Below are positions 19,808-30,321 of a stretch of 64,000 nucleotides of DNA, piece after piece (positions within the stretch are counted from its first letter, which is position 1; every line of letters begins with the position of its first letter). The position numbers and the translations under genes are program-made. Location of the stretch: contig OZ243974.1 of NCBI GenBank assembly GCA_965214775.1, positions 1,504,001 through 1,568,000 on the forward strand, given 5' to 3'. Under the pieces are notes generated by a model that had not been told where the DNA came from, did no database searches, and worked only from the letters and a program-made list of their open reading frames with translations. The DNA comes from Nitrosopumilus sp. Lineage in GTDB: Archaea > Thermoproteota > Nitrososphaeria > Nitrososphaerales > Nitrosopumilaceae.

Positions 19808-20641
19808 ATGGCAAATAATTCCGCCATTGAATGGACGGAAGCAACTTGGAATCCAACAACAGGCTGCACTAAGATATCTCCCGGGTGTGCTAATTGCTAT
19901 GCCGAAAAACTTTCAAATAGACTAAAAGCAATGGGAGTAAAAAAATACAAAAACAATTTTGAATTTACAGAGCAACCAGATGATTTAGAACTGCCGTTGA
20001 CTTGGAAAAAAAGCAAGAAGGTCTTTGTAAACAGCATGTCGGATTTGTTTCATGAAAACTCTAGAATGGAGTACATTGGCAGATGTTTTCACACCATGCT
20101 CAGAGCAGATCGTCATTTTTACCAAGTGTTGACAAAACGTTCTGGCACCATGGTTGAATTCTCAAAACTATTTCGTGAATATTTTGGAGAAAAAATACCC
20201 CCACATATCTGGATGGGAGTAAGTGTAGAAAACGAGGACTATAGGTGGAGGATTGATGATTTGAGAAAGGTGAAGTGTCATACAAGATTCTTGAGTATGG
20301 AGCCATTAATTGGTCCAGTACGTAATCTGAATCTCAAAAACATTGATTGGGTTATAATTGGCGGTGAAAGCGGACCCGGTTACAGAAAAGTAAAAGAAAA
20401 GTGGATTCTCGATATCATAAAACAATGCAAAAAACAAAAGGTTTCTGTCTTTTTCAAGCAGTGGGGCGGAATACGGCCAAAGTCTGGAGGTCGCACCATA
20501 AGGGGCAAAACATACGATGAGTATCCCACAGTTGCCAAGATCCGCAGTGCCCTAAAAGAAGTGGAATACACAGAAAAAGAGTTTTCCAAGTTCTGCATAT
20601 CTAAAGCACAGAATAAAAAATCAGCACTAGTCGAAGTTTAA
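19808..20641 (+). CDS. DUF5131 (phage Gp37/Gp68-like, three-Cys radical-SAM-like) protein
   Basis: IEWTEATWNPTTGCTKISPGCANCYA, VFVNSMSDLFH, WVIIGGESG, FFKQWGG motifs. Confidence 0.93.
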   Translation: MANNSAIEWTEATWNPTTGCTKISPGCANCYAEKLSNRLKAMGVKKYKNNFEFTEQPDDLELPLTWKKSKKVFVNSMSDLFHENSRMEYIGRCFHTMLRADRHFYQVLTKRSGTMVEFSKLFREYFGEKIPPHIWMGVSVENEDYRWRIDDLRKVKCHTRFLSMEPLIGPVRNLNLKNIDWVIIGGESGPGYRKVKEKWILDIIKQCKKQKVSVFFKQWGGIRPKSGGRTIRGKTYDEYPTVAKIRSALKEVEYTEKEFSKFCISKAQNKKSALVEV

Positions 20642-20973
20642 CCTGTAAAATCATAACTGTAGTTTTGTTTATATCAGTATTTGAGATGTAACATGTCTAA
20701 ACGAAAACGGCAGTATTGCAAAACATCGTGACAGTCTGTGATTTTGAAGCTCAGGCGTGGTTTTGATTCCAACATAGATGTCTTGAGTGCAAATCGCGCC
20801 CATAATCATAAATCACTTCACGAACACGATCTGTTGCCAAACTGGTGAATTTAGCAACAACTCCTGTACGACGTGATCAAAACCTGCTTCGGTCTGGTAA
20901 ATTTGATTCGGCAGGAACTTTTGGGCGCCAGTATAAAATCAGGAATGGCTTCCAAATCGTGAACTGTTACGAT

Positions 20974-21052
20974 TAGACCTTGCGTCATCGACCTGAATGA
21001 GATGAATTTGTTCGTAATAATCCTAAACCTGAATCGATTACGCATAAAGTCT
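20974..21052. mobile_element. MITE derived from IS5 element D
   Basis: Ends agaccttgcgtcatcg / cgattacgcataaagtct; related copy at ~39460-39532. Confidence 0.75.
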
Positions 21053-21082
21053 AGCATGCCCTTCCTATGCTCGGCACTGCAG

Positions 21083-21217
21083 ATAGATGATCCGAAACTA
21101 GAAGCGTACGAATCTTGAGTGATTTCACAGATAATCTCTATTTTGTTGATATTTTGAGATGTCTTGTGCAAATTCGCTCACGCACAATCAAAATCTGCTA
21201 ACTTTGATCAGCACTCT
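21083..21217. mobile_element. Degenerate MITE-C copy
   Basis: Reverse-complement similarity to 23508-23642. Confidence 0.7.
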
Positions 21218-21247
21218 GGGCGCAAGAATCTGAAAAAAGGCCAGAAC

Positions 21248-21331
21248 CTAGTCGTCATCAGCAAGATCATCCAAAAGCTTGGAGTATTTTTCCATAAGCT
21301 CTTCGTTGATTTTCCTATCTTCGGGGCTCAT
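21248..21331 (-). CDS. 27-aa putative mini-antitoxin (MSPEDRKINEELMEKYSKLLDDLADDD)
   Basis: Lies directly downstream of the Doc-like gene; acidic amphipathic helix resembling the C-termini of Doc-neutralising antitoxins. Confidence 0.45.
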   Translation of the reverse strand: MSPEDRKINEELMEKYSKLLDDLADDD

Positions 21332-21341
21332 GCTTGTTCAT

Positions 21342-21760
21342 TCACTGGGAAATATAAAAAAACAGCTGCTCCATGACTTCCTGATTCAGGGTCAAAAACC
21401 TGTCCTTGATTCTCCTTAACATCCGCCTTAATTCCAGGTTCTCTTCTTCCGGATCAATGTCCAAACCATATCCGTTGTCGCGTAAAAACTTGCCTGCTGC
21501 GATAATTCCGGTTCTTCTATTGCCGTCCATGAATGGCTGCTTCAAAGCAATTGCCCCGATAATGTGGGTGGCTATCTCAAGCAAGTCTCGCTTCCTGCTT
21601 CCAGAGTTGCCAACTCTGTTTATCATCAAAAGCGCCTCGTCCATGTTTTTTGGAATGACTCCGACGTACACGTGCTTGCCGGTTCTTTTCCTCTCTCTTA
21701 TAGTGGCGACTGAAAGTCTTTGATCACCAAAAAGTGTCTTCCTGCGTAGTTTACACCCAT
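21342..21760 (-). pseudogene. Fic/Doc-family toxin, apparently frameshifted near the 5' end
   Basis: QPFMDGNRRTG Fic motif with His replaced by Gln. The ATG at 21760 (MGVNYAGRHFLVIKDF) is out of frame with the main ORF 21342-21671. Confidence 0.7.
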
Positions 21761-21874
21761 GTGTGCTCTAGTTTGTTGCATAACCCTGCCTAAAATTTGA
21801 AACTTTACTGAAAATCACCGGAATGATCAACTAATTCTGACCGAAAAAGTAATGGATCATGAGGATGCCTCGTA

Positions 21875-22165
21875 TTGTATACATTGACACGCACGGATAA
21901 TGCAAAGTACGTAGAGAGAGGGGCAGGCCTGGTCGTCAAGTACAACCCGGACTGGGAGAAGGATCTCAAGGCTGCCAACCGCCACAAGGAGGGCGCCCCG
22001 TTCCTGTATGCAGAAGGCATGATAATGGCCGCAGCCGCCCTCAGGACCGCATTCATGCTAAAGTACAGGCAGCTGTCAGGTATGCTCGGGGAGATGCTAA
22101 AGGGTGCGGACTCGCCGTGTTACACCACGATATTCAGAAGGATACAGAAGCTTGACGTCGACATT
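21875..22165 (+). pseudogene. N-terminal fragment of an IS5-family transposase
   Basis: K.GAPFLY, LKYRQL.G, P.YTTIFRRI motifs; no catalytic domain follows. Confidence 0.7.
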
Positions 22166-22304
22166 GTATTATATGAAAATTATGTCGCACCATCATTACC
22201 GGTGTCCCCCTCAATCTATCTCGAGTCGCTTTTCCTGATCGCACCGGTGTCCTTGTCACAGAACGCCCGCACCGGCGTCTTGTAGCTGTCGATGTCCAGC
22301 GACT

Positions 22305-22434
22305 GGGGTTGTTGCCTAATTCACCAGAATTCATGAAACCCATTGATATGCCATATGAATCAGGCGTGCAAAAGGGCGGAAATTCAGAAAAACATACGGA
22401 TTGAGTCAAACAAGTGGAATTAGGCAACAACCCC
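22305..22434. mobile_element. MITE family B
   Basis: Homologous to 1783-1912; abuts and truncates the 5' end of integrase copy 1. Confidence 0.85.
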
Positions 22435-23507
22435 GGTGGTACGACAACCTTGCGCGCGGGAGCGTGCTTACTGCAAACAACTCGCTGCGATGCATTGACA
22501 AGTTCTGTGAGACGCACAGCATGTCTCCGGTCGAGCTGGCAGATCTCGGAGCAAGGGATCTGAGGGCAGTCACGGATCTCATCGAGGATCACGTCACCAT
22601 GATGGAGTCCGAGAACTACTCGTCCGGATACGTGACCCTGACCGTCCAGATCGTAAAGTCCTGGCTGAGGCACTCTGATGTGGTGATCAAGCGCAGGATA
22701 AAGGTGACCCCCAACAGGAACCAGAAGACAATACAGAGCGAGCGCGTTCCAAACGCGCAGGAGATGTCCGAGATATACGGCCGCGCGGGACTGCGGGAGT
22801 CAGTCATAATATCCCTGATGGTCAAGTCCGGGCTGAGGCCGGAGACCATAGGCAACCATGACGGCACGGACGGGCTGCGCATGAGCGATCTTCCGGACGT
22901 GGTGATACACCAGGGAACGGCAAAGTGCATAAGGACGCCGTGCATGGTGACTGTAAGGAGCACGCTGTCAAAGGCTCGCCACCAGTACTTTACGTTCATG
23001 ACTGCGTCTGCAGCTAGTAACCTAACGGCATACCTCAACGACAGGCTCGCCCACGGGGAGCCGCTGCACGGGGGCTCGCCGGTGGTGGCGCCGGATCACA
23101 TCCACAAGACGAACCGGGGCCGCAACAGGGACAAGGAATTCCTCATTACATCGCAGGTAAGTCACCTGGTGCGCAGGACGTTCAGGCCGAGGTTCACGTG
23201 GAGGCCCTACATGCTGCGCGTGTACTTTGACACGCAGCTGCTGATTGCCGAGTCCAGGGGAAGGATTGCGCATGACTTTCGCGTCTTCCTTATGGGGCAC
23301 AGGGGAAGCATGGAGGTAAGGTACACCACGAACAAGGGCGTGCTGCCAGACGTCCTGCTAGACGAGATGCGGGAAGCATTCGGACGATCCGAGGAGCACC
23401 TGGACCAGGCAGAAGCAGATCCTACACTGGAACAAAAGCAGGAGGCGCTGCGGATGATAGGGGATACCACGCCGGATCAGCTCGGGCGCGTGCTAGAGGG
23501 ACTGCAG
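22435..23507 (+). pseudogene. Tyrosine integrase copy 1, truncated by MITEs at both ends
   Basis: Near-identical to 49455-50526; SGLRPE, YMLR, MGH, RY catalytic motifs. Confidence 0.88.
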
Positions 23508-23642
23508 AGAGTTGATTCGAAATTAGCAAACTCATTATTTGTGAACGAATTTGCATAAAGCAGCTCAAAACACCAACAAAATACAGATTATCTGTGAAAT
23601 TACTTGAAAAATTCGTACGGTCTCTAATTTCGGATCACCTCT
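23508..23642. mobile_element. MITE family C
   Basis: Ends agagttgattcgaaattag / ctaatttcggatcacctct are identical to the ends of IS 30322-31480. Confidence 0.88.
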
Positions 23643-23780
23643 CTGCGGGCGAGGCGGTCACAGATGGGCAAACCGGGGAGGAGTATCATGTCAGATGGGG
23701 GGGGGGTGATCTGCTTTCTTGATCCCACATACGTATACACAACACGTAACACATAATTACCAAAAAATACAACGAAAAAC

Positions 23781-23918
23781 ATGTTAAAGGCAAACCGGAT
23801 TGACCCCGCCCCGCTTTCTGCAGAGGAGATCAGCGACGTTGACGAATACTATTCGGGAGACGAGGATCCCATCCATTTTAGCAGTAGCGACGACCTGATC
23901 GACTGGCTGCACAGCTAG
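23781..23918 (+). CDS. 45-aa putative antitoxin (MLKANRIDPAPLSAEEISDVDEYYSGDEDPIHFSSSDDLIDWLHS)
   Basis: Acidic ORF ending 3 bp before the RelE-like gene; F.S.DDLI.WL C-terminus typical of RelB/DinJ-like antitoxins. Confidence 0.6.
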   Translation: MLKANRIDPAPLSAEEISDVDEYYSGDEDPIHFSSSDDLIDWLHS

Positions 23919-23921
23919 GCC

Positions 23922-24194
23922 ATGGCAGCCATGTGGGAGTTTGACGCCAAGACCAAGTTCAAAAAACAGTACAGGGGCCTTAACCCCCAAACCCAGAAAA
24001 AGGTTGACGGGGCAATCGGTGAGCTGAAGCGCTCTGAAAATCCTGCACACCTGGGAAAATACAAGTCCAACATGAGGGTTTTTGCATTCCACATAGGACG
24101 AAGATATCGGATCATATACAACATCGACTGGAGCAATAACACGGTAGAACTTCTTCGCGTTTGTGACCACAAGTCAGCCTATGGCAAGGATTGA
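23922..24194 (+). CDS. RelE/ParE-superfamily toxin
   Basis: F.KQYRGL...KVD.AI.EL, G..YRIIY.I, V.LLRVCDHK.AY; basic 90-aa protein. Confidence 0.82.
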   Translation: MAAMWEFDAKTKFKKQYRGLNPQTQKKVDGAIGELKRSENPAHLGKYKSNMRVFAFHIGRRYRIIYNIDWSNNTVELLRVCDHKSAYGKD

Positions 24195-24314
24195 CGGGTT
24201 CTGGCCGGCTGCGATGATCCCGCGACTCCCTTTTGGATGCTGATCTGTCAGAATCACCGAAGTTAACCCAAGGCCCGACCTGTCTCATATGGTGCGCAGT
24301 ATGGGGTCACGTCT

Positions 24315-24700
24315 ACCACTTGGTGCGCAGGACGTTCAGACCGAGATTCACGTGGAGGCCCTACGTGCTGCGCGCGTACTTTGACACGCAGCTGCTGATT
24401 GCCGAGTCCAGGGGAAGGATTGCGCATGACTTTCGCGTCTTCTTTATGGGGCACAGGGGAAGCATGGAGGCGCGATACACCACGAACAAGGGCGTGCTGC
24501 CAGACGTCCTGCTAGACGAGATGCGGGACGCATTCGGACGATCCGAGGAGCACCTGGACCAGGCAGAAGCAGATCCTACACTGGAACAAAAGCAGGAGGC
24601 GCTGCGGATGATAGAGGGGGCCACACCGGATCAGCTCGGGCGCGTGCTAGAGGCACTGCATATGCCGGCAATACGCGCCGGGGCAGGTCGTGGCAGATAG
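24315..24700 (+). pseudogene. Tyrosine integrase copy 2, C-terminal fragment
   Basis: Near-identical to 50180-50568; similarity continues downstream through the att-like sequence. Confidence 0.88.
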
Positions 24701-24792
24701 CGCGGGTGCAGAAAAACTCATTGCCGACGGCTGCACGTTTGTCGGCGTCCTGCCAAACGGCAGGGTGGTTCTTCAAAGGGATATGTGAGGCC

Positions 24793-24816
24793 GCAGCGGC
24801 GCGACATACCTTTATA
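24793..24816 (+). repeat. Internal att-like site, a copy of the rps3ae promoter-proximal sequence
   Basis: gcagcggcgcgacatacctttata versus gcagtggcgcgacatacccttata (50664-50687); similarity ends immediately after. Confidence 0.7.
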
Positions 24817-24836
24817 CTTACATCCACTGTGGCTCC

Positions 24837-24947
24837 CAGCTAAGTGAAAAGTAAATGAGATTTGCTGTTTTGCCTTGCTGCTGAGGCGTTGCGCCTCATG
24901 CCCAGTTTTTGTTTTTGCGCGATTTCAGGGTACTTTTCACTTAGATG
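24837..24947. mobile_element. MITE family E
   Basis: Ends cagctaagtgaaaagta / tacttttcacttagatg; 5-bp TSD gctcc. Confidence 0.85.
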
Positions 24948-24990
24948 GCTCCGCACATAGACGGCGGAAGGAAATCTGGGTGCCGACAAT

Positions 24991-25237
24991 CAATCTTCCC
25001 AGAAGTAACCCAGAAAGCGGCCACGGATTTGAGACAAATCAAATTATGATGCCTGCAGATTCGCCCACCACCATCTGCACAGTCATGAATCACGTACTTC
25101 GAGGAAGACTGACAGTCAGTCTTCCCAGAAGTAACCGACTCGTGTAGGTGTAGGCGACCATGTGCAGATCTGTAGGAGGCTTTGCTTGAACTGCTTCGAG
25201 TTTGAAGTCACTTGATGGGTTACTTCTGGGAAGACTG
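24991..25237. mobile_element. Two tandem MITE-F copies (24991-25111, 25117-25237)
   Basis: Ends cagtcttcccagaagtaac / gttacttctgggaagactg; acagt-like TSDs. Confidence 0.82.
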
Positions 25238-25378
25238 GACAGTATACCTTCTTTTTTATACAGTTCAAGATCACATTATCAAACGAGAAATAGCAAGTTG
25301 TGCTTTTGTTAGCCGTTTACCAAATGGCAACCTTGGGAGCTTCACTAAGATTAAATTACTTGTAGTTCTTGTGGATAG

Positions 25379-25930
25379 ATGTTGGGCGCAGACGTGCATG
25401 ATACGATTTATTCGGTATTAGACGCAAATAATGGTACAATAAGGGGAAGGACTGCGATCCAAAAACTCGTCTACCTTTCCAGCAAGAAGATTCCAGAACT
25501 TGATGTGCCACCGTATGTGGCTCACTATTACGGGCCGTTCAGCCCAGGCTTGGGATGGGCGCTAGAGAAGATGGTGTCGTATTCTTTTTTGTACGAAGCC
25601 AGCACTCCGGGATCCATATATGATGGATACACATACGGTCTTACCAATGATGGGCAAGAGATAGTCAAAAAGACAAAAGAGAAGTACAAGGACATGTTTG
25701 GGAAGGTTGCTGAGATAGTCAAGACATGCAGGGACTTTTGTGAATTAAAAACCGCCCCATTATCGTATGCATCCAAAATCCACTACCTGTTTTGCTCAGA
25801 GCATAAAGACGACATGTCCTTTTCAGATGCAGTGGAATATGCCAGAAAGCTCGGATGGAATGTGTCCAAAGACGACGTAGAGCAGGGCGCACAGCTCTTG
25901 GAACGATTAAATCTTGCCAGAATATCATAA
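25379..25930 (+). CDS. YwgA-like winged-helix protein (putative antitoxin or regulator)
   Basis: IRGRTAIQKLVYL, Y..HYYGPFS, Y.Y.LT.DG motifs; overlaps the HD gene start. Confidence 0.7.
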   Translation: MLGADVHDTIYSVLDANNGTIRGRTAIQKLVYLSSKKIPELDVPPYVAHYYGPFSPGLGWALEKMVSYSFLYEASTPGSIYDGYTYGLTNDGQEIVKKTKEKYKDMFGKVAEIVKTCRDFCELKTAPLSYASKIHYLFCSEHKDDMSFSDAVEYARKLGWNVSKDDVEQGAQLLERLNLARIS

Positions 25931-27230
25931 CAGCTATTTTCAATTCAAATCTATCAGAGATCCTCTGTACGGGTTCATAGACTTGTCCGAGTTGGAGATG
26001 AAAATAATCGACACTCCCGTGTTCCGTAGAATGCATGGCATAAAGCAACTCTCCCACGCGTATTTGGTATATCCTACAGCAATCCACACCAGATTTGAGC
26101 ATTCCTTGGGAGCGACCTACTTGGCAGACCGGGTATCAAAACAGATCGCACTGGATGACGAAGTAAGGGAGATCGTACGACTGGCATGTCTTTTACACGA
26201 TATCGGCCACGGTCCATTCTCCCACCTGTTTGAAGAGGTAATGAAAAATGTCAACGGAAAAAGGATCGACCACGACAGGATCTCAATGATGCTGATAAGG
26301 GAGGATCATGACATCTCCTCAATACTGGGCGACAAGGCAGAAAAAGTAGTCAATCTGCTGGATCATAGGCCGGTATCCGGATTGGATTCAAAGATAAGCT
26401 CCCTAGCAGCCGATATAGTCTCCGGCCCCCTGGATGTAGACAAGATGGATTACTTGAGACGCGATTCGTATCATATCGGTGTGGCCTATGGACAGTTTGA
26501 CCTCCATCGCATAATTCACACCCTTACCAGCACCAACGATCAGATCGAACAAAAGATTTGCGTAGACTCGAAAGGCAAAGATGCCATTGAAAGTTACAGG
26601 CTGGGCAGATATCTGATGCATGCGCAAGTCTACAAGCATCACACCCGTCTGATTGGAGACAGGATGTTCCTTCAGGCCCTAGACCTGGCAGTGAACGAGG
26701 AGAACATCATACCAAAGGACGCACTGTGCACTGACACGGATCTTAGCAAGTCCCACAAGGAGTTTCTGAGTTTTTACACATGCCTGGACGATCGCGGACT
26801 GTACGACCGTATTCTAGGCAGAGAGAAAAGCAGGGCGGCCCAGATCCTAAAGCGGATACAACGCAGGAGGCTTCTCAAAAAGGCCATAGAATCTCTGCCC
26901 GACAAGGAAATACCCAACGCACAAACACGTGACCGCATATCTAGGATGAGTGAAGACGACATGCAGTCACTAGCTGATAACATTGCAAAGGATGCAGGCA
27001 TCGAGAGACACAATGTAATTGTCCACTCTTCAGAAATACCGGTAAATCTTTACGAGGGAGAGATCATGATCATGTGGAAGGGGACTCCGAGAAAACTGGA
27101 CGAATTTTCCCCCATTAGCACCAGCAAATCCACCATCAACAAGTTCTATGTCTTCGGTCCTGACGATGAGGCATCCCAACAGAAAATCAGGGAATGCGTA
27201 AAAGATCGATTTGGCACATACATTGACTGA
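25914..27230 (+). CDS. HD-domain phosphohydrolase (SAMHD1/YwfO-like dNTPase family)
   Basis: IRDPLYG, KQL...YP.A.HTRFEHSLG, LLHDIGHGPFSH, DVDKMDYL.RD, VY.H motifs. Confidence 0.92.
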   Translation: MPEYHNSYFQFKSIRDPLYGFIDLSELEMKIIDTPVFRRMHGIKQLSHAYLVYPTAIHTRFEHSLGATYLADRVSKQIALDDEVREIVRLACLLHDIGHGPFSHLFEEVMKNVNGKRIDHDRISMMLIREDHDISSILGDKAEKVVNLLDHRPVSGLDSKISSLAADIVSGPLDVDKMDYLRRDSYHIGVAYGQFDLHRIIHTLTSTNDQIEQKICVDSKGKDAIESYRLGRYLMHAQVYKHHTRLIGDRMFLQALDLAVNEENIIPKDALCTDTDLSKSHKEFLSFYTCLDDRGLYDRILGREKSRAAQILKRIQRRRLLKKAIESLPDKEIPNAQTRDRISRMSEDDMQSLADNIAKDAGIERHNVIVHSSEIPVNLYEGEIMIMWKGTPRKLDEFSPISTSKSTINKFYVFGPDDEASQQKIRECVKDRFGTYID

Positions 27231-27241
27231 CACGAAACCCC

Positions 27242-27335
27242 CAGTATGAATTCGCCTGTCCGCGAAAATACCAAAAATTACACACGGATTCCACCTATTT
27301 AATTAGATTCAGGCAGGACAGGTGAATTCATACTG
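27242..27335. mobile_element. Single-copy MITE-like inverted-repeat element
   Basis: 20-bp inverted repeat cagtatgaattcgcctgtcc / ggacaggtgaattcatactg. Confidence 0.65.
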
Positions 27336-27345
27336 CGTGTCGGCC

Positions 27346-27454
27346 CATCCAAGTGAAATGTGCCGAGAAATCAAGTAAAAACAGAAACTGGGCAGGAGGC
27401 ACGACGCCTCAGTAACAAGGCAAAAACAAACCCCATTCACATTTCACTTAGCTG
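27346..27454. mobile_element. MITE family E
   Basis: Homologous to 32988-33098. Confidence 0.8.
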
Positions 27455-27471
27455 CGACCCCGCATACCCTT

Positions 27472-29060
27472 AGACTTTATGCGTAATCGCCCGGATCGAA
27501 ATATCCTGTTTGCAAGCTGATCATGCATCAGGCTGGCAGGCAGCGCCTCGCATTGTCCAAAATATTTGATCAAAACTGCGACTATTTTCAGTCGGTTGAT
27601 TTAGATCCGGGATCCATCCTCGAACAGGAGTGATGGCAAAATCCGAGACCGTGCTTATACGGCAACTGAGCAAAGAGAATGAGCAGTACAGGCAAATGTA
27701 CGAGCAGGAGAAGATGCAGTACAAGAGGGAGGCCAGGCAGCAAGGGAGGGAGAATGCACAGTACAGGCAAATGTACGAGCAGGCCCAGGACAAGATAGGG
27801 CAGTTAAACCAGAGGCTGGACTTTGAGCGCGGGTTCTGGCCTGTAACATGGAATGACAAAAGGCGTACCGCAGAGAACGTCGCGTTCATGCACAGGCTCG
27901 AGGTGCTTGAGGACATAATCGGCGGCCGATCCCTGCAGGCCACCACGTCCCTGAACCTGCGTCAGTTTGAATATATATTAAACCTGTATATGGAGAAGGC
28001 CAAAAAGCATACAGAATGCCCCCTGTTTTCTGAGGACGAGGACGACGGGCCCGGAAACCGGTGCAAGCTGTCCTACAGACACGCCTTCCTGCTGGCCCTG
28101 ATGCGCAAGCGCGGAAACCTCATCCAGGAGCAGCTGGCGGCATTCTTTGGCATAGACCAGAGCACCGTATGCAGGTACATCAAGTTTTCTGACATCATAT
28201 TCCTTGAGATACTGCCCACGCCGTATAAAATATCACAGAAGATACGAAACACATGCACCATAGAGGATCTGATGAAGATCGTCCCCGACCTGACCGTAGC
28301 CGTCGACGGCACGCACATAGACATACAGCGCCCCACAGACAGGGAGCCAAGAAAGGAGGCGTACTCTGGCAAGAAGAAGAGCTTTACGCGCAACGTCCAG
28401 GTAATGACCAACAAGGACAGGCTGATAATATACGCAAGCAAGTCGGCTCCGGGAAGCGCGCACGACCTCACCATGATAAGGGACAACCCCCCGGAGCTGG
28501 GAATCCTGACTGCCAGGATGCGCAGCAACAGGAAGCATCCCGATGACGAGAAGGTAAAACTGTTATCGGATCTTGGGTACCTTGGAATCAAAAAAATGTA
28601 CCCAGGGGTCATATCCATGCAGCCCCACAAGAAACCAAAGGGGGACAAGCTTACAAAGAAACAGCGCGCACAGAACAGGAGGACAAGTAGCGAGAGGGTG
28701 ACAGTCGAGCATGCCATATGGCTGGTAAAACAGTACAAGCGGATGCGCGACCCGTACGACGGGACGGCCGAGGAGTTTGACCGGGAGTTCCAGGTGACAG
28801 CCGGGCTTGCCAACTTTAGGACGCTGTGGGACAAGCGGGACAAGAAGCTCAGGCTTGGGTTCTGATATTACGACGCGGAGCGCATTGCGGCGCCACACGA
28901 TGCCGCACGATACTACAGTTTTTGTCAGCTAGACGGGCTCATGACATGCGGTGCGGTGTCCTCTGCCGCCTTTGCACATGCCGTATGACGCTGCCGGTTC
29001 TGCATGCATGGTCAGCTTGCAAACGTAATATTTCGATCCAGTCGATTACGCATAAGGTCT
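27472..29060 (+). mobile_element. IS5-family element D, intact copy
   Basis: Ends agactttatgcgtaatcg / cgattacgcataaggtct; TSD ctt. Confidence 0.93.
27630..28865 (+). CDS. IS5-family (DDE_Tnp_4-like) transposase with N-terminal coiled coil
   Basis: HTH (LAAFFGIDQSTVCR), VDGTH, YSGKKK, DLGYLG, RVTVEHAI motifs. Confidence 0.92.
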   Translation: MMAKSETVLIRQLSKENEQYRQMYEQEKMQYKREARQQGRENAQYRQMYEQAQDKIGQLNQRLDFERGFWPVTWNDKRRTAENVAFMHRLEVLEDIIGGRSLQATTSLNLRQFEYILNLYMEKAKKHTECPLFSEDEDDGPGNRCKLSYRHAFLLALMRKRGNLIQEQLAAFFGIDQSTVCRYIKFSDIIFLEILPTPYKISQKIRNTCTIEDLMKIVPDLTVAVDGTHIDIQRPTDREPRKEAYSGKKKSFTRNVQVMTNKDRLIIYASKSAPGSAHDLTMIRDNPPELGILTARMRSNRKHPDDEKVKLLSDLGYLGIKKMYPGVISMQPHKKPKGDKLTKKQRAQNRRTSSERVTVEHAIWLVKQYKRMRDPYDGTAEEFDREFQVTAGLANFRTLWDKRDKKLRLGF

Positions 29061-29189
29061 CTTATATGCGGCACCACAGCGGCGCCGCATACACCGATAA
29101 CGACAGGAAGCTACCGGGGTGCTTTCAAAACCCCCTTCCTATTTTTTTGTTTTTAACACCTTAACTAAATGAAATATAAACGAGATTTG

Positions 29190-29300
29190 GTAATAACTCG
29201 GGCTCTGGAAGCTCAGGTACGAATTTTGCTACCAAAAAGGACTGTTCAAACAGAATTTGTGCCTAAAATCAGAAGCAGCTTCTAGAGCCCGAGCTGCTAC
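29190..29300. mobile_element. MITE family A
   Basis: Ends ctcgggctctggaag / cttctagagcccgag; homologous to 11079-11189. Confidence 0.8.
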
Positions 29301-30321
29301 GGTTCGGCTTCACGGTGCGCGCTATGTCGTTGCTGATGCAGTCGCTCAGGCTTACCCTCAAGGTACTTTGCTACAACCGTAACCATATGTGTCTCAAAAA
29401 CAAAATTCAGATGGTGCCAAGATAGACGGCAGTGCAAACAGACAGATTGCCGCAAAAAAGAGGATACATGTGAAATCAAAGACTGTACAAATACAACAAC
29501 AACAGCAGCAGTATGTCGGCCTGGACGTGCACAAGAATTTCATCCAGGTCGCGGTGATGGACAAGGGCGGCAAGGTGCTGAGTAACACAAGAGTCGACAA
29601 CAAGGACGACGAGATAAGAAAGATATTTTCAGGGATTCCAAAGAATGCAAAGTGCGTCATGGAGTCCTCTTCAGTATGGTACGGGCTGTTCAGGTTCATT
29701 TCAGACAGTCTCAAAAGGGACGTGATCCTCTCAAACCCGTTTGAGACCAGGGCCATTGCCACATCAAAGAAAAAGACAGACAAGGTCGACGCGCAGATTC
29801 TGGCAGATCTTCTCAGGGGAGGATACATATCTGCATGCTACGTTCCCTCCGGCAAGACGGTACAGAACAGGCAGCTGACCAGGCACCGCGCAAAGACGAT
29901 ACAGTCAAGGACCGTACTAAAGAACCAGATACACGCAATACTGCTGCAAAACAGGATACAGGTAAATGGGGATCCGTTCTCCAGACCGTGGATCTCAAGG
30001 GTGAGAGATCTGGACAACTTTAGGATAAATGACAAATTAAGCATAATTGACTCCATAAACGACAGGATAGTAGGCATTGACATGCGCATCAAGAGCGCGG
30101 TTGCCGACAATCCGGATGCAGTCTTACTGCAGACGATTCCCGGGTTTGGCAGCTACACTGCACTGACTATGGCATCAGAGATAGACGGCGTTGACAGGTT
30201 TGCCGACTCACACAAGCTGTGCGCGTATGCCGGACTGGTGCCGTCTGTGAGAAACTCGGCAGACACCATCCACCATGGAAGGATAACAAAGGGGGGCAGC
30301 CCCATGATGAGGTGGCTCCTG

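Noticed and set aside
16666-29060. Inverted IS5-D pair as a composite transposon or inversion boundary
   Set aside because: Each copy keeps its own matching TSD (aat/aat and ctt/ctt), indicating independent insertions without recombination between them.
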